In this document: piece after piece, positions 58,001 to 63,842 of the stretch | Numbering within the stretch: the first letter of the stretch is position 1 | Layout of the letters: every line of letters starts with the position of its first letter | Source: Rhynchobatus australiae | Taxonomy: Eukaryota | Length of the DNA stretch: 63,842 nt | NCBI GenBank assembly: GCA_034780895.1 | Contig: JAUZTB010000080.1 | Location: 10,543,168 to 10,607,009, forward strand | Direction: 5' to 3' | The notes under the pieces: generated by a model | The model's database searches: none | What the model was told of the DNA's origin: nothing | What the model saw: the letters and a program-made list of their open reading frames with translations, nothing else | Position numbers and translations under genes: made by a program

Positions 58001-61000
58001 AAAAAAGGATTAAAAAATAGAATGGCAGTGGCTGAAAACACTGTCTCATTTTCCATTCCCCTTTATAAAGGGGCACTAAGCTTTGCCTGCTGCCTCACAA
58101 CTGCATTGCAGAGTGCTGATATTTAGGAAAGCAAAGTTGAGTATCCCCATGGAACTGTGAACAATACACCAGAAGAATAAACTCAGCTTGCAATGGTCAC
58201 TATTGTTAAAGGAAATACTGCAGGCAAGCACACGTTACATGAAAGATAGGATCTTTCCTTTTAGCTAAGGCAGCCAAATTTAAGGGTTCTCTGTGTATTT
58301 TAAGCTCAAAGATGTGAGCATTGCTGCAGGGGATGTCAACTTACCACAAATGACAGCAAGCCGTGTTAATAATATTTTTTGAAAAATTATTTTGAAAAAT
58401 CTTCCATTGACCAGTAGGAAGGGATTAGTAATACTTTCTACAGTATTTTGTTGAAAGCCCAAAGTAAACAGCTGACTCAGATTTAAACACAAATTTTCAA
58501 TTATGGTTACTTCATTTAATCAAAATACACNNNNNNNNNNNNNNNNNNNNNNNNNNNNNNNNNNNNNNNNNNNNNNNNNNNNNNNNNNNNNNNNNNNNNN
58601 NNNNNNNNNNNNNNNNNNNNNNNNNNNNNNTACACACCAACTCAAGATTAAAAAAAACAAGATCTCTTCTGTTGGCTATTGTGATCAGATAGAAAATTGC
58701 AACATTCATATAGAATCCAGAGATTCTTTTCCCAGCAAAGGGAGGTACCACTTGTAGGATACAAAGAAGCCTGTGTATGCATATACTGCAGTTTGGACTT
58801 CCTGGCATTAGTTTGCACCTGCTGCCAACTTTTCTTGCAGTTGTAATTCAGAGGATGATGGGAGAGTCAGAATGAAGTAGTTACTCAGACAAAGGCAACA
58901 ATCACATGCAAAGTTTCTTAAAGTGAAGCACAGATCACAAATACAAAATTGACACAATTTTGATGTCAAGAAATTAGGGGAGATGTGCAGTTATCAAATT
59001 TAATTTGTATTAAAACTGGAAAAAATATCCAGCTTACAAGGTGATTGATACAAATTAAAATGGTCTCAACACATTAAATAATTTGTGAGTTAATAAAGTT
59101 CGAGGACCAAGACTTATAAGCACCTTCCTTTCAGAATACTGTAAAGCACTTTGGGGCAATGAAGCACTATTGAAACACCACCACTGCAGTAATGCAGGAA
59201 ATTACAGCCAATATGCCAATTTATGCATGGAAAGCTCCACAGAGTGCATTGTTCTGAATTTCCATTTAAGAATGGGAATCATGGAGATCACAGATTATGA
59301 TGGCAATTTTTCTCTACCCTTGCCCAAGGGCCATGCCAATAGAGCAGCAAGTTTGGAATCTCCCTGGACAACAAGGCTCAATTGCAGTGACCAATGACAG
59401 ATCAATCCACAATCTGAGAACTTATGATAGCGAGCTCTGAACCCAAAATTTTGAAACCCAAGCAGATAATAAAGATTTTAATGAGAAATAACATCTCAGT
59501 ACATTATCATTTCTCAAGACTATTATCATCATATGATGATGTTTGGAACTTAGCTCTACAAAGATTAAGAATATTAAATCCTAATAGTCAAATGAAAGAG
59601 CATTGTATTTTCTCCCTTCTCTGGACCTGGTTATGGATGTATAGTTTGCTGGAAGCTCATTAATACACAGTCCAGCTGGTTACTATGTGTTCGAGTTTAG
59701 ACAGCAGGTACTGGCAGACCATTCATAGACAAAGGGCAAACAAGATTTTTACCTTTGCACAAAGCTACTTCCCAGAAGGTATCACGAGATAAGGATCAAA
59801 CTTAGGAACATTGACCAAGTGTTTTGACCAGTTAAAACATGCTCAATTCTGGGAGACAAACATGGAAGTTTCTTGACCTGTAAAACTTAATGCTGTAATT
59901 TACAGCATGCTTTTATCTACCAGAATATCAAGTAATCTGGCTCTTAGTTTTTTGTTACAAAAGCAAAATATGATAAAAATGCAAGGAACAAGTGTAGGCC
60001 ACACAACCATTCAAGCCCCAGCACTCATCCACTTTCTCATTTTCACCTTCTGATTCCCTAATGTCCAAAACTTTGATCAATCTCAACCATCAAAACACTG
60101 AACGACTGAGCACCCAATGGGGTACAGTGTACCCAAGATTCATAATTCTCAAAGAAATGTCTCCACTTCTAAATTAATTATCCTGAGACAATGCCCTCTA
60201 TTTCTAGACTCTCCAGCCAGGGCAAACAGCATCTCAGCTTCCACCCTGTTAACACCTCTCATCATACTGAATGTCTCAATGGGATCACCTCCCAATCTGC
60301 AAAACTACTCCAGTAATTCCAGAGCAATCATTCCTCAGGTAACAACTCCTTCATCCTAGGAATCGTTAAACAATGTTGCATTAACTCAAAGTTTAACCTT
60401 TATTAGGAAGACCAAAAATGTAAAGAGTACATTAAATGCCCCCATACTTGCATAAAGTGGGGTGCCACTGAACTTGTGACACAAATCAACAGTTTGTACA
60501 TTCAGATGTAAAGAGTGGTAGAATGTACAAGTAACAAGCTTACCAGAACTTGATGTGGAACCTCGTCCTGTAACCGCATTTGATGCGTTCTGCTCCCGTG
60601 GCATCGGCCCACTTCCAGAGCTCTCACTTTGAGAGTTTTTGTCCCACAAATTCACATTCTTATAGTTGTAACTGTTGGGATCACCCCAGGCTGAGGTGCC
60701 GTCATCAATCTCCATCTTTCGGGAGATGGACTGCGGTGAAGGCTCTTCCCATCCAGTAGGTTCTTCCTCCTTTGGCAAAGTTGGGATGGTTGCAGCTGGA
60801 ACAGCAGAAGAGGGCATAGGTGGCACAGGCGCAGAGCCCCAACCTGGTCCAGACTGTCGGTTACTAGCAGAGGCAGTGCCCCAGGAACCAGACACATCTT
60901 GCTGCTTGTTCCAATTAGAAGTGGTTGCTTTGGATGGCTCACCCCATCCCTGGTGTCTTGGGGGGTCCTCCCACCCACCTCTTTGATTGGGATTAGCACT

Positions 61001-62970
61001 ACTACCACCCCCCCAAGATCCTACATCACCACGGCCACTCTCACCCCACCTCGGGTTCGAACTGTCCCAGCCACCTGATTTTGGTTGTTCAGCTGGTTGT
61101 CCACTTCCATCGCCCCAGCCATTATTGGCAGGCCATCCTTGAGTTTGTTGCTGTCTTGCACCCCAACCTGGTTCCTTGATTCTAGGCCCATCATTCCAAG
61201 ATGGTGCTTTCTCTTCTGGTGTTCCACCTCCCCAACCTTGACTATTCTTTGGGTCCACCCATCCACTTGGAGTCTTTGAATCCTTCCACTCCATGTTTGA
61301 AGACTGCTGAGCATCTCCCCACCCAGAGGTGCAGTGACTGGTTTGACTGGGCCCTTCGCCCCAGCCCCCTGAGTTAGAGCTCTGAGTGGCAGTGCTCTCC
61401 CACCCTTCTGTTCCTTTGTCAGTGCGCCTCTCATTCCTGGGCGACTCCTGGACATCCCAAATTGTGTTCTGCTTTATCTGAGTTTGGCCCCACCCAGTGT
61501 TTGACAACACTCTTGGGTCCAGATCAGCCCTGTTCATTACACTTTGCAATACTTCCTCTTGGTCAGGATGATCAGCCTTGTTTAAGCGCCGTCCTCCTGG
61601 GTGGTTGTCAGAGCCTCCCTTTTTGTTGTTGTTTCGACTACCAGAGTCACTCCCAGTGGAACTAGAGGCCTTTACCCAGTTGGAAATTTGGGCATTCTCT
61701 CCTTGGTTTTCTGGGAGGGGATTTACCCTGTGATTGTCCCATCCGCCTGTGCCACAATTCTGTTCATTAGCAGAGCCAACCCAATCTCCTTCTGACCGAT
61801 TATCAGTCCCTGGCTGTTGACCCCACAAACCCTGAGCACTACCAGATGCTGTTCTGTTCCCTTTACCCCAGTTTTTTGCTTTGTTGGGGTCTTGTGTCTC
61901 AGAGTCCCAGGATCCACCATTATTATCCCATGATTCAGTTCTTGATCTGTTCACCAGTAATTGTTTCATACCAGAGCCATTTTTTGCTGCATCATCGCCA
62001 CTGCGTCCATTATTGCCATCAGCTCCTGTACCATTTTGTCCAGAAATGGAATCAGTTCCAGAAGACCCCCAAACTGTATTCCAAGTACCCCCAGTTGCCC
62101 GTCCCTCCATAGTTCCTCTAATACTGCCTTCAGATGAGGCTTCAGTGCTCACAGATTGATTCAAAACCAAGGGGTTTCCCAAACTCATTCCTAAGGGCAT
62201 GTTCCAGGTCCCATTCCCTGTTGTTTCAGACACTCCCTTATTTTGCAAAGGGTTCCCAGTGCTCTGTGAGCTTGCATTCAAAGAGTTAGTGTCGCCATTA
62301 TTTGGTCCATCAGTGTTAAGAGCTTGAGGCTGTTCTCCAACAGAAGCATTCCATGTAACACCCGCATTCTCCGTTTTAGACTGTTTTGCCCAGGCGCTTG
62401 TAGAAGTACCATCCTGATCCCTAGGGCTTTGACCTACTGCACTAAGTTGTGCACTGGAGCTCGAAATGTCCGTCTCCAAAGTCCCTTTTCCAGAAGTGCT
62501 CTCCTGGCCCAATACTGGCCAGGCCGATGGGTTGATATTTGGGTTCAAGGTCAACCCAAGGCCAGCTCCATCGGGGCTGCTCAAGTTTTTCCAATTGTTA
62601 AGTCCGTCTTTGCTCTCCGAAGAGATGGAAGATGCGTGACTGGGTTTAGGCACAAGGCCCATGTTCCAGGCCCCCAATTTACATTCATTCTTTCCGCTCC
62701 CAGCAGCGAACTGATTTGCAGCTCCTTTGCAACTCCTGGCAGCGCCACTTCCAGGTGGCAGGCTCTTCTCAGAGCCAAGGTTTGAGGCACCTTCGTTATC
62801 TACGTGTTCCGAAGCCGACTCAGAGTCTCTGCCTGTGATGCAAGGCCAAGCCTCCATATCAGACCCGTCTACGATTAACTTATCCCAGCCGTGGTTGAGG
62901 TCAGTGCTGGATGATCCAGAACCCCAAGGAGAATTTGCATAATTTGAACCAGCACCCCCAGGGTTTGTGT
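27763..62970 (-). CDS. TNRC6B: Trinucleotide repeat-containing adaptor 6B (GW182 family), 5'-partial; 18 coding exons in the window
   Basis: GW/WG-rich Argonaute-binding region, Q-rich region, CIM1 (QSRLKQW), PAM2 ([10 protein letters not shown]), P-GL motif (PPPGL), RRM ([23 protein letters not shown]) and C-terminal [15 protein letters not shown]-type segments ([12 protein letters not shown]..., [20 protein letters not shown]) and the lack of a UBA exon favour paralog B. All exon phases join in frame. Confidence 0.93.
29008..29147 (-). CDS. TNRC6B: TNRC6B RRM exon ([46 protein letters not shown])
   Basis: cctcag| ... AT|gtaagt, 140 nt. Confidence 0.97.
29560..31630 (+). mobile_element. ~2-kb 5'-truncated CR1 LINE, antisense within a TNRC6B intron
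   Basis: ORF2 remnants [61 protein letters not shown]; intact 3' tail; many stops and frameshifts. Confidence 0.92.
32596..32675 (-). CDS. TNRC6B: TNRC6B exon ([26 protein letters not shown]), start of the RRM
   Basis: ctttag| ... CAG|gtaatg, 80 nt. Confidence 0.94.
33270..34030 (-). mobile_element. CR1 LINE 3' fragment
   Basis: Reverse-complement CR1 3' motifs (ctagaactgtacacaatactccagctgtggcttaacc; ttaaactcca). Confidence 0.8.
34294..34611 (-). CDS. TNRC6B: TNRC6B exon ([16 protein letters not shown]...[13 protein letters not shown]...[12 protein letters not shown]), interrupted by a false 100-N gap
   Basis: The gap flanks overlap by 8 nt (gttggcgg). The merged exon is 210 nt and in frame, and contains the P-GL motif. 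The donor A|gtgtgt is weak and was inferred from phase. Confidence 0.87.
35322..35417 (-). CDS. TNRC6B: TNRC6B exon ([31 protein letters not shown])
   Basis: tcacag| ... CAG|gttaga, 96 nt. Confidence 0.92.
35694..35840 (-). CDS. TNRC6B: TNRC6B PAM2 exon ([24 protein letters not shown]...LLRDRST)
   Basis: tttcag| ... CAG|gtatga, 147 nt; PABPC-binding PAM2 motif. Confidence 0.95.
36180..36550 (+). mobile_element. Chondrichthyan tRNA-derived SINE-like element
   Basis: ctggactagtaatcc...gttcaaatctcaccac B-box, gaatttaaattcagtt, tail ataagtgctggccttgtc...gaatgaataaa. Confidence 0.6.
37112..37276 (-). CDS. TNRC6B: TNRC6B exon ([15 protein letters not shown]...[12 protein letters not shown])
   Basis: ttatag| ... 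CCAG|gtctga, 165 nt. Confidence 0.92.
38544..38699 (-). CDS. TNRC6B: TNRC6B exon with the CIM1 motif ([14 protein letters not shown])
   Basis: ttttag| ... AATG|gtaact, 156 nt. Confidence 0.93.
38819..39017 (-). CDS. TNRC6B: TNRC6B exon ([11 protein letters not shown]...GMKHSPSHP...PGYPM)
   Basis: ctgtag| ... ATGG|gtgagt, 199 nt. Confidence 0.93.
39215..39420. mobile_element. Short non-autonomous repeat with inverted ends; related copies at ~2640-2750, 5945-6080, 6765-6900, 8600-8665, 28570-28720, 31820-32000, 42350-42510, 48270-48440, 49010-49100
   Basis: aacaatctgctggaggaattca ... tgaattcctccagcaggttgtt inverted pair, plus the cagattccagcacctgcagt tail shared among copies. Confidence 0.7.
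41371..41466 (-). CDS. TNRC6B: TNRC6B Q-rich exon ([32 protein letters not shown])
   Basis: cacag| ... CAA|gtacgt, 96 nt. Confidence 0.93.
41923..42054 (-). CDS. TNRC6B: TNRC6B exon (VPAPMLKH...[20 protein letters not shown]); 3' end lost in a gap
   Basis: ttgcag| acceptor; the donor falls in the N run 41897-41922. Confidence 0.9.
42699..42833 (-). CDS. TNRC6B: TNRC6B exon ([16 protein letters not shown]...[14 protein letters not shown])
   Basis: atgcag| ... CAG|gtatgt, 135 nt. Confidence 0.93.
42856..43066. repeat. (GA)n-rich microsatellite spanning a gap
   Basis: gagagaga/gatgggga units; forms a pyrimidine tract upstream of the 42833 acceptor on the minus strand. Confidence 0.9.
44623..44793 (-). 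CDS. TNRC6B: TNRC6B symmetric, probably alternative exon ([23 protein letters not shown]...NLNARH)
   Basis: ccttcag| ... CAC|gtaagg, 171 nt, phase 0-0; resembles a TNRC6B-specific segment. Confidence 0.88.
46913..47058 (-). CDS. TNRC6B: TNRC6B exon ([31 protein letters not shown]...GPYFEK)
   Basis: ttccag| ... AAG|gtgagg, 146 nt. Confidence 0.93.
47260..47900 (-). mobile_element. Degenerate CR1/L2-type LINE fragment
   Basis: Minus-strand remnant [36 protein letters not shown]. Confidence 0.75.
48632..48680 (-). CDS. TNRC6B: TNRC6B exon ([16 protein letters not shown])
   Basis: ttgcag| ... TTG|gtgagt, 49 nt, phase 0 to 1. Confidence 0.88.
49095..50280. mobile_element. RTE-clade LINE relics: endonuclease part on + (~49330-50280), RT C-terminal part on - (~49095-49235)
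   Basis: LGDFNA and SW...RSKYWHLI endonuclease motifs; [24 protein letters not shown]-terminal RTE motif. Confidence 0.65.
50040..50146. repeat. ~26-bp short tandem repeat
   Basis: ctaatccactctgtaatctccacaaa, about 3 copies. Confidence 0.8.
51791..51865 (-). CDS. TNRC6B: TNRC6B exon ([25 protein letters not shown])
   Basis: ctctag| ... CTG|gtaaga, 75 nt. Confidence 0.92.
52960..54320 (-). mobile_element. Degenerate CR1/L2-type LINE, with inserts and a gap
   Basis: accacaattgtacacagtattccaggtgtg, cacattaaattccatctgcca; [14 protein letters not shown] remnant. Confidence 0.7.
56106..56290 (-). CDS. TNRC6B: TNRC6B exon ([10 protein letters not shown]...SWEEEDDG...GGKKIHK)
   Basis: tttcag| ... 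AAG|gtaaga, 185 nt, phase 1 to 0. Confidence 0.93.
60544..62970 (-). CDS. TNRC6B: TNRC6B large GW/WG-rich exon (2427 nt, Argonaute-binding domain)
   Basis: Within the 871-aa ORF 60386-63001. Acceptor ttttgtag|AC, donor TCTG|gtaagc. Motifs [70 protein letters not shown]. Confidence 0.96.
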
Positions 62971-63842
62971 CTACAAAAGAAAATAAAATACGAATAACCA
63001 CCTCCTGAAATATCTAATGAGAAAGATGTAAATTTATATTTGAACAGGCTTTTTAAAATTAACATTAAACATAATTGACAGTGACAATATATACTTGCTG
63101 GGTAATTAAAAAAGGAGGGAACATAAATAAAATAAACCACCTACCAACACACAATCAAAGACACTAGATGAGATTAATCTTTTAGTCTTTGCAAAGAAAA
63201 AGCAGAGAAGGAAAAATCCATCTTAAACTTTGTTAACAATGAGAACTTTTATATCCAAGTTAAATGCCAAAGATTCAAGAAACCCGAAACCATCTTGAAG
63301 CATGCTAAACAAAAAAGGAAGTTAATAATCCAGAATAAATCTTAGTTACCAAGAAATGAACAGCATTAGCTAGAACCATTAAGAGATTGATACCCATTAA
63401 ATTTCAGCAACTGGCACATGCAGGGCCATGACCAACTGAACTATGATCCAACCACAAACATCCAGAATATTGATCCCACGAACAAATCATTGACATGTTG
63501 GTGCAACAAACAAGGGGGAAAGATGGGCACAACCACCATAAAATTTGATTGACTCCTGCNNNNNNNNNNNNNNNNNNNNNNNNNNNNNNNNNNNNNNNNN
63601 NNNNNNNNNNNNNNNNNNNNNNNNNNNNNNNNNNNNNNNNNNNNNNNNNNNNNNNNNNNGACTCCTGCTATGTCACCCAAGGCCAGGGCATGAACATTTG
63701 AACTTGGAGTTATAATCAGTTCATCCAATTGGGCTCTCAAAGACTCCAGACTGGATCTGGATGCATTACTTAAATGAGGATAATCTGTGTAAAATGGTGT
63801 TTTCCACGTTTCTGTCAAAGTGAATACAGATCTATAAAAACC

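Noticed and set aside
60652-62942. Antisense and alternative-frame ORFs over the large TNRC6B exon
   Set aside because: Short shadow ORFs expected from the coding composition
27763-62970. Assignment as TNRC6A or TNRC6C
   Set aside because: Only the PAM2 core is A-like; B-type exons, the absent UBA, the C-terminus and linkage to POLR2F (human 22q13) favour TNRC6B
60386-63001. 871-aa ORF as a standalone single-exon gene
   Set aside because: Its ends are intronic; splice sites at 62970 and 60544 define an internal TNRC6B exon

Overview
Vertebrate genomic DNA, not prokaryotic. The SINE, CR1 and Penelope repeat landscape suggests a cartilaginous fish, probably a ray or sawfish (inference). The draft assembly has many 100-N gaps, several of them artificial. 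Two spliced genes lie on the minus strand. (1) TNRC6B (GW182-family miRNA-silencing effector): 18 coding exons traced by hand from 62970 to the stop at 27763, about 1,660 aa in the window. The 5' exons lie beyond the window end. A transposon-poor putative 3'UTR of about 11.8 kb runs to about 15.9 kb and is dense in miRNA seed matches. (2) POLR2F (RPB6): complete, 5 exons, 127 aa, with a CpG-island promoter carrying ETS, CRE and GC-box motifs. The rest is CR1, RTE and Penelope-like retroelement relics, tRNA-derived SINEs, minisatellites and microsatellites. Nearly all entries in the ORF track are spurious. The best unexplained signals are an orphan minus-strand micro-exon ending in ATG|GT upstream of POLR2F, a cluster of non-coding exon-like units between the two genes, an apparently missing Ago-hook exon and a TNRC6A-type PAM2 in TNRC6B, and miRNA-feedback sites in the 3'UTR. 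I found no evidence of a wholly new multi-gene system.
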